Origin: an uncultured Alphaproteobacteria bacterium | GTDB taxonomy: Bacteria; Pseudomonadota; Alphaproteobacteria; Methylaequorales; Methylaequoraceae | Assembly (NCBI GenBank): GCA_902617375.1 | Contig: CACMWI010000002.1 | Location: 1,566 to 65,565, forward strand | Direction of reading: 5' to 3' | DNA length: 64,000 nt | Shown: positions 1-10,025 of the stretch, piece by piece | Numbering within the stretch: position 1 is the stretch's first letter | Layout of the letters: every line of letters starts with the position of its first letter | Notes under the pieces: generated by a model | Databases searched by the model: none | Seen by the model: only the letters and a program-made list of their open reading frames with translations | Told to the model about the DNA's origin: nothing | Translations under genes and position numbers: made by a program

Positions 1-324
1 AAGACCAACCATAAGAAAAAGCACTGGAGTTTTAGCGTTTAGTTTTAAACTGTCGTTTTCGGAACCCAAAAGTTCAGTAAGTTGGTCATTCACAATTTTT
101 ATAATCATTTGATCTGGAGAAATACTTTTTATTACTTCTTGACCGATTGCCCTGGATTTGACATTTTCTATAAAATCTTTTGCAACAGAAAGAGATACAT
201 CTGATTCAAGTAAGGCAATCCTGATTTCTCTCATCACATTTTGCAGCGATGAGTCGTCAATGACACCACTTCCCTTAATTTTATCAAAAATATTTGATAT
301 TTTATTTGTCAGATTTTCAAACAT
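1..324 (-). CDS. ffh: Signal recognition particle protein Ffh (SRP54), N-terminal part. The gene continues beyond the window start.
   Basis: Minus-strand translation from the ATG (reverse complement of CAT at 322-324) gives MFENLTNKISNIFDKIKGSGVIDDSSLQNVMREIRIALLESDVSLSVAKDFIENVKSRAIGQEV..., collinear with the Ffh N domain (E. coli MFDNLTDRLSRTLRNISGRG...LREVRMALLEADVAL). It is not in the ORF track because it runs off the window. Confidence 0.8.
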   Translation of the reverse strand, partial: MFENLTNKISNIFDKIKGSGVIDDSSLQNVMREIRIALLESDVSLSVAKDFIENVKSRAIGQEVIKSISPDQMIIKIVNDQLTELLGSENDSLKLNAKTPVLFLMVGL

Positions 325-445
325 TTCTCTCTAATAATTTCAAACAAAAAAAGCCAGTGCACGATACTCGTGGACTGACTGAATTTATTAATTGTGTTTA
401 TATCAAAAAACAATTAATCCTTAAAGTAATTTATTTATAATTACA

Positions 446-1279
446 ATGACTGAATTTAAGTTTCTAAAAGCACATGGTCTGGGAAATGATTTTGTAATTT
501 TTACAAAACATTCTAAATTAAATATTTCAAAGAAGTTAGTAAAGTTTTTATCCGATAGAAAAAAAGGAGTGGGCTGTGACTTAACCGTTTTTTTGAATAA
601 ATCAGAAAATGATTATTCCGACCTAGTTGCTAGATTTTTCAATAAGGATGGGTCAGAAGCAGAAGTTTGCGGAAATGCATTGAGATGTATAGGAAATTAC
701 TACTTTAAAAAATTTAATAAAAAAAATGTGACTGTTGAGACAAATTCAGGATTGATCGATGTTGAAAAAAATATCAATGAAAAAATATCAGTTGATCTTG
801 GAAAACCAAATATTTCGTGGGATAAAATTCCAATTAAAATTGATGTGGATACTCAAAATTTAGATTTTGATTTTGATTATCTTAAAGGAGGTTTTGCTGT
901 AAATGTTGGAAATCCACATGTAATTTTTTTTGTTGATAACCTTAATGAAAGCGAATTAAAGAAAGATTCGGAAAAAATCGTTAAAACTAATTTTTTCCCA
1001 AATGGAGTAAACGTTAGTATTGTTAAAGTTTTATCCAGAAGCAAGGTAAATATCATGACATATGAAAGAGGTGTTGGAATTACAGATGCATGTGGTTCGG
1101 GAGCTGGAGCTTCAGTTTTTGCCTCCAATAAATTAAATTTTTGTGATAAAAATGTTGAGGTATCAATGGCTGGAGGCAATCTATTTGTTGAAATAACAAG
1201 AGATGAGCATATTTTAACTATCGGAGATGCAAAAGATGTATTTGTAGGTCAAATTAATTTGAAGGACTATGTACTATGA
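446..1279 (+). CDS. dapF: Diaminopimelate epimerase
   Basis: 277 aa; N-terminal FLKAHGLGNDFVIF motif and two catalytic Cys regions (GNALRC, ACGSGAGA) typical of DapF. Confidence 0.9.
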   Translation: MTEFKFLKAHGLGNDFVIFTKHSKLNISKKLVKFLSDRKKGVGCDLTVFLNKSENDYSDLVARFFNKDGSEAEVCGNALRCIGNYYFKKFNKKNVTVETNSGLIDVEKNINEKISVDLGKPNISWDKIPIKIDVDTQNLDFDFDYLKGGFAVNVGNPHVIFFVDNLNESELKKDSEKIVKTNFFPNGVNVSIVKVLSRSKVNIMTYERGVGITDACGSGAGASVFASNKLNFCDKNVEVSMAGGNLFVEITRDEHILTIGDAKDVFVGQINLKDYVL

Positions 1280-2514
1280 AAAAAGAAGATACTAAAGTTA
1301 TTAATCTAGGTTGTAGACTCAATTTTTTTGAGTCAGAAGTTATTAAGAATATTCTTAATCAGGAAAACTTAGAAAAAAAGATTGTCATAAACACTTGTGC
1401 TGTTACAAATCAAGCTGTTCGAAAATCAATTAATGAAGTCAAAAAGGCATCTAGAAAATTCCCTAACTATCAAATTTATGTAACAGGTTGTGCGAGTCAA
1501 GTTAATGAAAAAGTATTCTCAGATTTAAAAAACGTTCATAAAATTGTTGATAATAAAAGAAAAACTTTACCTGAAAGTTACACTGATCAAGAAATAAAAG
1601 AAGAAAAAGATTTTAATTTTCCTTTCTTAAAATATTTTTCATCGAGCCGCACAAGAGCAATGCTACAAATACAACAGGGATGTGATCACAGATGTACTTT
1701 CTGTATAATTCCTTATGGTAGAGGTGACTCCAAGAGTTTGCCATTTGATCAGATCAATAAACGAGCTGAGAGATTGATCGAAAGTGGTTATGGTGAAATT
1801 GTAATGACAGGAGTTGATCTGACATCCTATGGCATTGATCTTCCAGGAAAGCCTAAACTTGGGAATATTTTGAGGAGATTGTTAAATTTTCAACCTAAAT
1901 TAAGAAGATTGAGATTATCCTCAATCGATCCAGCAGAAATTGATGACGATTTGATGGATCTTCTATTGAAAGAAAAAAGAATACTTCCTCATCTTCACTT
2001 ATCCCTTCAGTCAGGAGACAATTTAATTCTTAAAAGAATGAAAAGAAGGCATAATAGAGAAGAGGTTATAAAACTTTGTCACGATTTACGTCTTGAAAGA
2101 TCTGATTTCACTTTTGGAGCTGATATAATTGTTGGATTCCCTACTGAAACAAATCAAATGTTTAAAAATACATTAGAATTGATAGAAACTTGTGAATTTA
2201 CAAACGTTCATATTTTTCCTTATTCACCTAAAGACGGAACTCCGGCATCAAAAATGCCACAGATAAAGGAAGACGAGAAAAAATTAAGAGTAGAGATTCT
2301 TAGGAATAAATGCAAAGACATTCTCCGTCAAAAATTAAATAAAGAAATTGGAAAGTCCTCAAGCATCCTTTTTGAATCCCACAAAATGAGTTATTCTGAT
2401 GAATACTTTAAGGTTAAAACCAAGGAAAGTAAAAATTCTATTAAGCCGGGCTCAATGGCTAATGTGAAGATTGTCTCGCGACAAGGAGATTCATTAATTG
2501 CTGAATTAAAATAA
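1276..2514 (+). CDS. mtaB: Radical SAM methylthiotransferase of the MiaB/RimO/MtaB family (likely MtaB, tRNA t6A37 methylthiotransferase)
   Basis: 412 aa; N-terminal MTTase domain (INLGCRLN), radical SAM CxxxCxxC motif (CDHRCTFCIIPYGRG) and a C-terminal TRAM-like region. Overlaps dapF by 4 nt. Confidence 0.75.
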   Translation: MKKEDTKVINLGCRLNFFESEVIKNILNQENLEKKIVINTCAVTNQAVRKSINEVKKASRKFPNYQIYVTGCASQVNEKVFSDLKNVHKIVDNKRKTLPESYTDQEIKEEKDFNFPFLKYFSSSRTRAMLQIQQGCDHRCTFCIIPYGRGDSKSLPFDQINKRAERLIESGYGEIVMTGVDLTSYGIDLPGKPKLGNILRRLLNFQPKLRRLRLSSIDPAEIDDDLMDLLLKEKRILPHLHLSLQSGDNLILKRMKRRHNREEVIKLCHDLRLERSDFTFGADIIVGFPTETNQMFKNTLELIETCEFTNVHIFPYSPKDGTPASKMPQIKEDEKKLRVEILRNKCKDILRQKLNKEIGKSSSILFESHKMSYSDEYFKVKTKESKNSIKPGSMANVKIVSRQGDSLIAELK

Positions 2515-2516
2515 AC

Positions 2517-3428
2517 ATGGTTGTTGGTTGGTTTAAAAAGTTAAAGACAAGTTTATCAAAATCATCAGATAAGATATCTGGTGGAATAAAAAAAATCTTA
2601 AAAAGTAAAAAGATTGACGAATCCACCCTGCAAGAGTTAGAGGAACTAATGATTTCTTCTGATCTTGGAGTGGAGTCGTCATCAAAAATTATTCAAGAAT
2701 TGAAAAAATCAAAATTACTCAATCCTAGCTCAGAAAAAGTAAAAGAGATTATAAAAAAAAAACTAAAAGAGACTCTTGCCCCTCTTGAAAAAAAGATTGA
2801 CTTAACAAAAAATTTATTTGTTATTTTAGTCGTAGGGGTTAATGGAGTTGGAAAAACTGCTACTATAGGAAAGCTTGCTGATAAATTTTTAAGAGATGGA
2901 AAAAAAGTAGGAATGGTCGCAGCTGACACTTTTCGTGCAGCAGCAGTGGAGCAGCTAAAAATTTGGGCAGACAGAACGAAATCTGAATTTTTCTCAGCAA
3001 AAGAACTTTCTGACCCTGCAGCTCTAGCATACAAGTCGGTAATGACAGCAAAAGAAAAAAAACTTGATATTCTTCTTATTGATACAGCTGGAAGATTACA
3101 TAATAAAACTGATTTAATGAACGAGTTATCAAAAATAATTAGAGTAATAAAAAAAATTGACGAATCAATTCCAAGTGAAACAATTTTAATTCTCGATGGG
3201 AATATTGGTCAAAACTCGATCAGACAAGCTGAAGTTTTCAAAGAAATTTGCGATATTGACAGTCTGATAGTAACGAAGCTAGATGGATCAGCCAAAGGTG
3301 GTGCTTTAATTCCAATAGCTGAGAAACTTAAGATTCCAATTTCTTTTATTGGAACAGGTGAATCAAAAGAAGATTTAGCGCAATTTGATGCTGATCAATT
3401 TTGCTCTGCTTTGCTTGGCATAGAATAG
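2517..3428 (+). CDS. ftsY: Signal recognition particle receptor FtsY
   Basis: 303 aa; NG domain with GVNGVGKTATIGKLA (G1), DTAGR (G3) and TKLDGSAKGG (G4). Confidence 0.9.
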   Translation: MVVGWFKKLKTSLSKSSDKISGGIKKILKSKKIDESTLQELEELMISSDLGVESSSKIIQELKKSKLLNPSSEKVKEIIKKKLKETLAPLEKKIDLTKNLFVILVVGVNGVGKTATIGKLADKFLRDGKKVGMVAADTFRAAAVEQLKIWADRTKSEFFSAKELSDPAALAYKSVMTAKEKKLDILLIDTAGRLHNKTDLMNELSKIIRVIKKIDESIPSETILILDGNIGQNSIRQAEVFKEICDIDSLIVTKLDGSAKGGALIPIAEKLKIPISFIGTGESKEDLAQFDADQFCSALLGIE

Positions 3429-4582
3429 TCTCTAGAAATTTTCCACAAATATGAGGGACTACTGTCAGATATAACAAGTATATTACCCTCATGATCAATT
3501 TCAAAATCTCTTATTCTTCCAATTCTTTTGTCATCTTTTATAATTATTTCTTGGTCAATTATTTTGTGTCCTTCAAAAATTAATCTAGCTAACAATTTAG
3601 TTTTAGTAGCGCTAACTATTAAATTTTCCTTCCATTCGTAAAAGGTTTTACCTTTATAGAATTGAATATTTCCAACAGCGATTGATGGTACCCATGTAAT
3701 TAAATTTCTGTTGTATATATCTTTAAAGTTTTTTTTCCCAATCTTTCTTCCAGAATATTCCGTTCCTCCCCAAGCTATATCTTTCCATCCATAATTTCCT
3801 GCAAATTTTACAATCCCGATATTATCTCCACCCATTGGACCATGTTGTGAAAAGTATATTTCACCATTTTTTGGGGAAATAGCCATTCCTTGTGGATTTC
3901 TCATACCTATTTGATAGATCTCTGGTAACCAATCTTCAAAACCCAAGTACGCTGGATTATCAGTAGGTATAGTTCCGTCGGTTTTAATTCTAATTATACT
4001 ACCAGGATGTTTTTGTGGGTCTTGAGCAATCATTCCTTTATCTCTCTCACCAAAACCTACAAATAAAAAATCATCCTTAATAACAATCCTTGCTCCCCAG
4101 TGTTTGTCGGTATCGAGTTTAGGTTTTGCTATCAATAACGTTTCTAAGTCTACAATCTCGTTATTTTGAAGTTTACCTCTTGCTACAGCAGTGCTTGAGT
4201 GGTTTGATAATCTTCCAATCTTTGTTTTGTCTTTGAAATCATGACTGTAGGTAAAATATATGTAACCGTCAGAATGTTTATAGACATCTAATAATCCACC
4301 TTGACCATGTCTAAATTCAATGTGTGGAATATTATGCTTTATTTGAAACCGGTCACCATTTGAAGTATTGATCTTGAATATGTTGCCTTTTTTTTCAGTA
4401 ACAAGAATATTATCTCTATCCAAAAATGTAATTGCCCACGGATAGTGAAATTTTTCTTGCGATATTTTTTGAATATTAAGATTTATTTTTGATTTTTTGT
4501 AAGTTTTATAGTCACTAAAATCGTTACAGTTAGAAATTGAAAAAAAAAAAGTATAAATTAATAAAAAAAAGACATGTATCAT
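3395..4582 (-). CDS. PQQ-dependent soluble aldose sugar dehydrogenase / sorbosone dehydrogenase family protein, secreted or lipoprotein
   Basis: 395 aa with an N-terminal hydrophobic signal ending SISNC. The beta-propeller pattern (GQGGLLDV..., HxGARIV, GxRNPQG) is typical of the YliI/sGDH family. The 3' end overlaps ftsY convergently. Confidence 0.7.
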   Translation of the reverse strand: MIHVFFLLIYTFFFSISNCNDFSDYKTYKKSKINLNIQKISQEKFHYPWAITFLDRDNILVTEKKGNIFKINTSNGDRFQIKHNIPHIEFRHGQGGLLDVYKHSDGYIYFTYSHDFKDKTKIGRLSNHSSTAVARGKLQNNEIVDLETLLIAKPKLDTDKHWGARIVIKDDFLFVGFGERDKGMIAQDPQKHPGSIIRIKTDGTIPTDNPAYLGFEDWLPEIYQIGMRNPQGMAISPKNGEIYFSQHGPMGGDNIGIVKFAGNYGWKDIAWGGTEYSGRKIGKKNFKDIYNRNLITWVPSIAVGNIQFYKGKTFYEWKENLIVSATKTKLLARLIFEGHKIIDQEIIIKDDKRIGRIRDFEIDHEGNILVISDSSPSYLWKISRDYSMPSKAEQN

Positions 4583-4635
4583 GTAGAAATATATATTAAT
4601 TAGTAAAATTATATTAAACTAATTTTTTAATAAAA

Positions 4636-5088
4636 ATGGATAAAAGTTACTATCTCAAGAAACATGGATATTTTTTAGAGGACTTAAAAATTAATCAGGA
4701 AGCCCATTACAAAAAAAAAATTTCCGAAAACGATATCAATCTTTTTTCAAAGGTATCTGGTGATAATAATCCAATACACATGGACGACAAATTTGCTCGA
4801 AGCTCAATTTTTAAAAAAAGAATTGCACACGGTTTTTTATCAGGAAGTCTAATTTCAACTGTTATAGCGACACAACTTCCAGGCCCTGGAAGTATTTATT
4901 TGAATCAGACTTTAAAATTTCTAGCTCCTGTTTTTATAGGAGATACAATAACTGCAATAGTTACAATTAAGAAAATCGAAATTGAAAAGAGAAAAGTCAA
5001 TTTATTGACTGAATGTTTCAATTCAAAACAAAAGATTCTTACAGGACAAGCTGATATTTTAGTTTCGAAAAAAAAAGATTTTGTCTAA
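4636..5088 (+). CDS. MaoC-like (R)-specific enoyl-CoA hydratase / hot-dog fold dehydratase
   Basis: 150 aa; the motif DINLFSKVSGDNNPIHMD...AHGF is characteristic of MaoC dehydratases. Confidence 0.8.
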   Translation: MDKSYYLKKHGYFLEDLKINQEAHYKKKISENDINLFSKVSGDNNPIHMDDKFARSSIFKKRIAHGFLSGSLISTVIATQLPGPGSIYLNQTLKFLAPVFIGDTITAIVTIKKIEIEKRKVNLLTECFNSKQKILTGQADILVSKKKDFV

Positions 5089-6045
5089 ATGAGAGTTTTT
5101 AGAACAACAAAAATTCCTCAAGAATACATGAATTCTACAATAGCAATAGGTAACTTTGATGGAGTGCATCAAGGGCATCAGGCCGTAATAAATACAGCGA
5201 AAAAAAATTCAAAAACTAAAAACACTAAATTTGGTGTCTTAACATTTGAGCCACATCCAAAATGTTATTTTAACAAACAATATGATTATTTCAGATTAAC
5301 TCCATTCAGAGAAAAATTTCAAATTTTCAAATTAGCAAAAATAGATTTTTTAATAAACATTAGATTCGACCAAACATTTCTAAATAAAACTGCGATATCT
5401 TTTATTGAAATTGATCTAATTAAAAACCTTCGCGTAAATACTGTTGTAACAGGATTTGATTTCGTTTTTGGAAATAAAAAAATGGGGAATGTAAAATATA
5501 TTAATGATTATGTAAACAAGACAAAAGCTTTTAATTTTATTGTTGTTCCTGAGGTACGAAATTCTGATAATGTTGAAATCTCCTCTTCAAACATAAGAGC
5601 ATTATTGAAAAAAGGGGATTTAGATCAAGCTAATGATTTATTGACGCGAAAGTGGTCTATCACAGGGAACATTCAAAAAGGTGAAAAAAAAGCAAGGCAA
5701 ATTGGGTTTAGAACAGCGAATATTAAGACTAATAAGTTTTGTCAGATTAGAAGAGGTGTTTACTCAGTAATACTAAAGATTCCAAAGAAATTTGGGAAGA
5801 AAAAACTCTTCGGCATTGCGAACTTTGGGATTAAACCTACATTTAACAAAACAAACCCTCTGCTTGAAGTACACATTTTTAACTTCGAGAATGATATTTA
5901 CCATGAAAGAATAAAAGTAACTTTTTACAAGTTTATAAGAGAGGAAAAAAAATTTGAATCAGTTGAGAAATTGAAGGATCAGATTATAAAAGATATTAAT
6001 CAAGTAAAAAATGACAAACTATTCAAAAACAATCAATCTTCCTAA
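5089..6045 (+). CDS. ribF: Bifunctional riboflavin kinase / FMN adenylyltransferase
   Basis: 318 aa; IAIGNFDGVHQGHQ nucleotidyltransferase motif and a C-terminal riboflavin kinase domain. Forms the conserved ribF-ileS-lspA gene order. Confidence 0.9.
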   Translation: MRVFRTTKIPQEYMNSTIAIGNFDGVHQGHQAVINTAKKNSKTKNTKFGVLTFEPHPKCYFNKQYDYFRLTPFREKFQIFKLAKIDFLINIRFDQTFLNKTAISFIEIDLIKNLRVNTVVTGFDFVFGNKKMGNVKYINDYVNKTKAFNFIVVPEVRNSDNVEISSSNIRALLKKGDLDQANDLLTRKWSITGNIQKGEKKARQIGFRTANIKTNKFCQIRRGVYSVILKIPKKFGKKKLFGIANFGIKPTFNKTNPLLEVHIFNFENDIYHERIKVTFYKFIREEKKFESVEKLKDQIIKDINQVKNDKLFKNNQSS

Positions 6046-8800
6046 GACCAACTTTAGCATGAAAGCTAACTTGTCAGAAAAGGAAACCCAATGGCTTGAA
6101 TTTTGGCATGAAAATGAAATTTATGACAAACTAAAAAAAAAAAATAAAAAAAATATTAAGTATGTTTTACATGATGGTCCGCCTTATGCAAATGGTGACC
6201 TTCATCTTGGTCATGCCTTGAATAAAATCTTAAAAGATGTAATTTGCAGATTTAAATTTCAGAGCGCAATGAATGTTGAATATGTTCCTGGTTGGGATTG
6301 TCACGGACTCCCAATCGAATGGAAGGTTGAGGAGCAGTTTAGAAAATCTGGGAAAAAAAAATCGGAAGTTAATTTGCAAATATTCAGAGAAGAATGCAGA
6401 CAGTTTGCAAAGAAATGGGTAAGTATTCAGAGAGATCAATTTAATAGATTTGGCATTCAGACTAATTGGGAAGAAATTTATTTAACAATGAATAAAAACT
6501 CGGAAGTAACGATTGTATCTGAGTTGTTGAAATTTCTAGAATCAGAACAGTTATATCTTGGATTTAAACCAGTAATGTGGTCTGTTGTTGAACAAACCGC
6601 ATTAGCTGAAGCTGAAATAGAGTATTTAGAAAAAAAATCAAAAGCAATTTACGTAAAATTTCCAGTAGAAAACTTCTTGGAAAACGTAAGTATCATTATC
6701 TGGACTACGACACCTTGGACTATTCCATGCAATAAGGCTATTGCCTTTTCTAATGATCTTAAATACTCATTAATTGAAATTGATAAGGATTTAAAAAATC
6801 TCGCATTAAAAAAGAATGATAAGATTATATTAGCCGATAATTTGGTTCAAAATTTTTGTGAAACTCATTCAATTAACAACTTTTCAAAAGTAAGTTCAAT
6901 TGATTCAGAAAAACTTAAGCAACTAAAATGTCAACATCCACTAAGAAATTTAGGATTTGATCATTCAGTCAGTTTATTTGAAGCTGAGCACGTTACCGAT
7001 GAGGCTGGTACAGGGTTAGTTCATATAGCACCAAATCATGGAGTTGAAGACTTTGAGGTTGGTATAAAAAATGACCTGGATAATTTGCCTACAGTAGATA
7101 ATTCTGGAGTGTACACTGACAATGTTCCCTTTTTTTCAGGTACGCACGTTTACAAAGCCGATGAGAGTGTTATTAATGAATTAAAAAATTCAAATACTCT
7201 AATTAGTTCAAATGATTATTTTCACAGCTATCCTCATTCTTGGAGGTCCAAAGCACCATTAATTTATAGAGCAACATCTCAATGGTTCATCTCAATGGAG
7301 AGAAAAGATCTTCGAAGTAAGGCTCTCAATGAAATAGAGAAAGTAAAGTGGATACCTGAAAATAGTAAAAATAGAATTAGATCTATGGTGAAAGATCGAC
7401 CAGATTGGTGTGTATCAAGACAACGTTCTTGGGGCGTTCCAATTACTATTTTCGTCTCCAAGGTAAATGGCGAACCTCTTATTAATAAACATATTAATAT
7501 GAAAATATTATCAACTATTAAAAATGAAGGTATTGATGCTTGGTTTACTAAACCAAAAGATTATTTTTTAAGTGAAATAGCAAATTCAGAAGAATATGAA
7601 AAAGTTAGTTCTATTTTAGATGTTTGGTTTGATTCAGGTTCAAGCCATGTTTATGTTTTAAAAAACAATGGTTTTAATTGCAAAGCTGATCTTTATTTAG
7701 AAGGTTCGGATCAGCATCGTGGTTGGTTTCAATCGTCTTTAATTGAAAGTTGTGCGAACTTCGGCGAAAGTCCATTTAAGTCAGTCTTGACACATGGTTT
7801 TGTAATCGATGAGAAGGGAAAAAAAATGTCAAAATCGTTAGGAAATGTGATTTCACCTTCAGATGTAATTAAAAAGTATGGTGCTGATATTTTAAGAATT
7901 TGGGTTGCTAATTCAAACTTTAATGAAGACATAAAAATAAGTTATCAGAACTTGGAACGGCAAGCTGAGAGTTATCGAAAAATTAGAAACACAATAAGGT
8001 TTATTTTAGGAAATTTAAATAATTTCTCTTTAGATTTAAAATTAGAACATAAAAGCCTTTTACCATTGGAGAAATTTATAAGGCATAAGCTTTATAACTT
8101 GAATAAAGAGATTAACGAGGCTTATGACGCGTTTAATTTTCATAGAGTTTTTCAAACGATACTTAACTTTTGTTCTCAAGAACTTTCTGCTCTATTCTTC
8201 GATATAAGAAAAGATGCATTATATTGTGATAAAAATAATTCTTTGAATGTAAGATCATCTAAAACGGTCATGACTGACGTTTTTGATTGTTTAATTAGAT
8301 GGCTTTCACCTATAATACCGTTCACAACCGAGGAAGCATGGCAGTGTTGGAAAGAAGATATTAACAAAAACAGTGAACAGAGTTGTCATTTGTTAGAAAA
8401 TCTTGAACTCCCTGATGAATGGAATGATATCAATTTAAATAATGAATGGTCAAAAATTTTAGAAATTAAAAATGCTTTTACTTTTGCTGTTGAACAAAAA
8501 AGAAATAAAAAAGAAATCAAATCCAGTTTAGAAGCAAGTGCTTTTGTTTATTTAAAAGATAATGAGTATAAGAAAATTTCAGAGAATCAAAATTTAAGCG
8601 AGATCCTTATTTCAGCGAATATAGAAATTTCAGAAGATTTCGATGATCAATTCCTTTTTAACTCAGATAATAAGGAAATTGGGGTAAAAATATTTAAAGA
8701 AGAAGGAGATAAATGTCCAAGATGCTGGAAACTTTATAAACAACTAGATGAAAAAAATCAGCTTTGTGATAGGTGTATGTCGGTAATTAATGAAAATTAA
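6011..8800 (+). CDS. ileS: Isoleucine--tRNA ligase
   Basis: 929 aa; class I HIGH-type motif (PYANGDLHLGHALN), KMSKS, and a C-terminal Zn ribbon (CPRCW...CDRC). Overlaps ribF by 35 nt. Confidence 0.95.
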   Translation: MTNYSKTINLPKTNFSMKANLSEKETQWLEFWHENEIYDKLKKKNKKNIKYVLHDGPPYANGDLHLGHALNKILKDVICRFKFQSAMNVEYVPGWDCHGLPIEWKVEEQFRKSGKKKSEVNLQIFREECRQFAKKWVSIQRDQFNRFGIQTNWEEIYLTMNKNSEVTIVSELLKFLESEQLYLGFKPVMWSVVEQTALAEAEIEYLEKKSKAIYVKFPVENFLENVSIIIWTTTPWTIPCNKAIAFSNDLKYSLIEIDKDLKNLALKKNDKIILADNLVQNFCETHSINNFSKVSSIDSEKLKQLKCQHPLRNLGFDHSVSLFEAEHVTDEAGTGLVHIAPNHGVEDFEVGIKNDLDNLPTVDNSGVYTDNVPFFSGTHVYKADESVINELKNSNTLISSNDYFHSYPHSWRSKAPLIYRATSQWFISMERKDLRSKALNEIEKVKWIPENSKNRIRSMVKDRPDWCVSRQRSWGVPITIFVSKVNGEPLINKHINMKILSTIKNEGIDAWFTKPKDYFLSEIANSEEYEKVSSILDVWFDSGSSHVYVLKNNGFNCKADLYLEGSDQHRGWFQSSLIESCANFGESPFKSVLTHGFVIDEKGKKMSKSLGNVISPSDVIKKYGADILRIWVANSNFNEDIKISYQNLERQAESYRKIRNTIRFILGNLNNFSLDLKLEHKSLLPLEKFIRHKLYNLNKEINEAYDAFNFHRVFQTILNFCSQELSALFFDIRKDALYCDKNNSLNVRSSKTVMTDVFDCLIRWLSPIIPFTTEEAWQCWKEDINKNSEQSCHLLENLELPDEWNDINLNNEWSKILEIKNAFTFAVEQKRNKKEIKSSLEASAFVYLKDNEYKKISENQNLSEILISANIEISEDFDDQFLFNSDNKEIGVKIFKEEGDKCPRCWKLYKQLDEKNQLCDRCMSVINEN

Positions 8801-9254
8801 CAAAGATTTTATTTTAGCTTTTACAATTTCTTCAATTGCGGTGATTCTTGATCAGATTTCAAAATCATTAATTTTAAACTATAAATTCTTACTTCCAATG
8901 AAAGTGTCGTCTTTTGATATTTTGAATATAGTTTATGTTGAAAATAAAGGTATCAGTTTTGGAATGCTTTCAGAGTATAATATTCCTTTTTGGCTAGGAA
9001 TATTGTCTTTTGCAATTAGTTTATATGTTATCTTTCTGATAACAAAGTCTCAAAGTAAGTTGGAATTAACTGGATTGTCATTAATTTTAGGTGGAGCAAT
9101 TGGCAATGGCATTGATAGATTATTCAGTGGTTATGTAATTGATTTTATTGATCTTTATTATAGAAATTTTCATTGGCCGGCATTTAACTTTGCTGACTCG
9201 TTTATAACCGCGGGAGCTGTTTTATTTTTTTTTAAATTATTTTTTATTAAATAA
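8790..9254 (+). CDS. lspA: Lipoprotein signal peptidase (signal peptidase II)
   Basis: 154 aa polytopic membrane protein with conserved GNGIDR and FNFADSFITAGAVLF motifs. Confidence 0.9.
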   Translation: MKINKDFILAFTISSIAVILDQISKSLILNYKFLLPMKVSSFDILNIVYVENKGISFGMLSEYNIPFWLGILSFAISLYVIFLITKSQSKLELTGLSLILGGAIGNGIDRLFSGYVIDFIDLYYRNFHWPAFNFADSFITAGAVLFFFKLFFIK

Positions 9255-9368
9255 GAAAATAATTGAGAATTATGCTTTTCAAAGTCATAAACTAATGTTA
9301 TTTATATATTTTACAAGCAACAAAATGTTTGTATTAATGTTTAATTAAACACTATATATAGTATAATT

Positions 9369-10025
9369 ATGCAAATTTTACGTACACTTAGAACATTGTC
9401 GATGTCAATGATGCTTATACTTGTGCAATCATGTTCAACTATCGAGTCAACAGTCGATTCAACCTTGGATTCAATAAGTGAAGCTGGCGACTTTATCTAT
9501 GATTCTGTTAATTTCTGGGACGAGGACGAACCAGAGCAAAGCGAAGCTGTAATAATTGAGGAAGCAGTAGAGGTTCCAGAGTATGCTATTCCAGATGAGA
9601 GTTACTTTGAACCTGGGTTAAGTCAGGAACAAAATTTTAGCAATCAACAGAGCTTTCAACCTCAAGTTAATGCTCAACCTTATTATGACCCAATTTACAG
9701 GAGCCAGAGACAATACTATTATGTGGGACCTAATGGAACTCCAATGCTAGCCCCACCTCCGCCACCTTTTCCTCAATATTCAATTGATCAAGTAGCTCCA
9801 CTACCTTATTCATATTCAAATAACCTAGATATGCCTAGGTCATTTAATCCAAATATGAATAGTTTCGCACCTAGGCAGAACTTAGGTGTTACAAACCAAA
9901 ATCAAAATGTTAAACCAACTATTACACTCGAAGAAGAAATGGAATTATTTGGAATACAAAATGATTGTGTTAGGGTAACAGAAGATTTTGTAAACGGCGG
10001 ATTTATGTGTGATGATTATGATTAA
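9369..10025 (+). CDS. Hypothetical low-complexity (Q/P/Y/E-rich) putative lipoprotein
   Basis: 218 aa; N-terminal signal with a lipobox-like LVQSC; acidic stretch, APPPPPFPQY, YYDPIY motif and a C-terminal CVRVTEDFVNGGFMCDDYD. No recognisable catalytic motif. Local GC is visibly higher than the surroundings. Confidence 0.5.
   Translation: MQILRTLRTLSMSMMLILVQSCSTIESTVDSTLDSISEAGDFIYDSVNFWDEDEPEQSEAVIIEEAVEVPEYAIPDESYFEPGLSQEQNFSNQQSFQPQVNAQPYYDPIYRSQRQYYYVGPNGTPMLAPPPPPFPQYSIDQVAPLPYSYSNNLDMPRSFNPNMNSFAPRQNLGVTNQNQNVKPTITLEEEMELFGIQNDCVRVTEDFVNGGFMCDDYD

Noticed and set aside
4540-4575. T11 and T9 homopolymers in the first 20 codons of the sugar dehydrogenase gene (encoding Phe runs), considered as a possible slipped-strand phase-variation switch
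   Set aside because: Equally long A tracts sit inside essential ileS (A12 then A8 at 6133-6153) and other core genes. Long homopolymers therefore appear to be a neutral feature of this genome's composition rather than contingency loci.
6230-8367. Several 60-70 aa minus-strand ORFs inside ileS (6230-6439, 7279-7461, 7729-7932, 8176-8367). Similar antisense ORFs occur inside dapF, ftsY, M16, pgi, msbA, pmbA, tldD, ctaD, dsbD, smc, mutY and HK.
   Set aside because: All are antisense to strongly supported genes. They are hydrophobic or low-complexity and have no motifs, so they are shadow ORFs.
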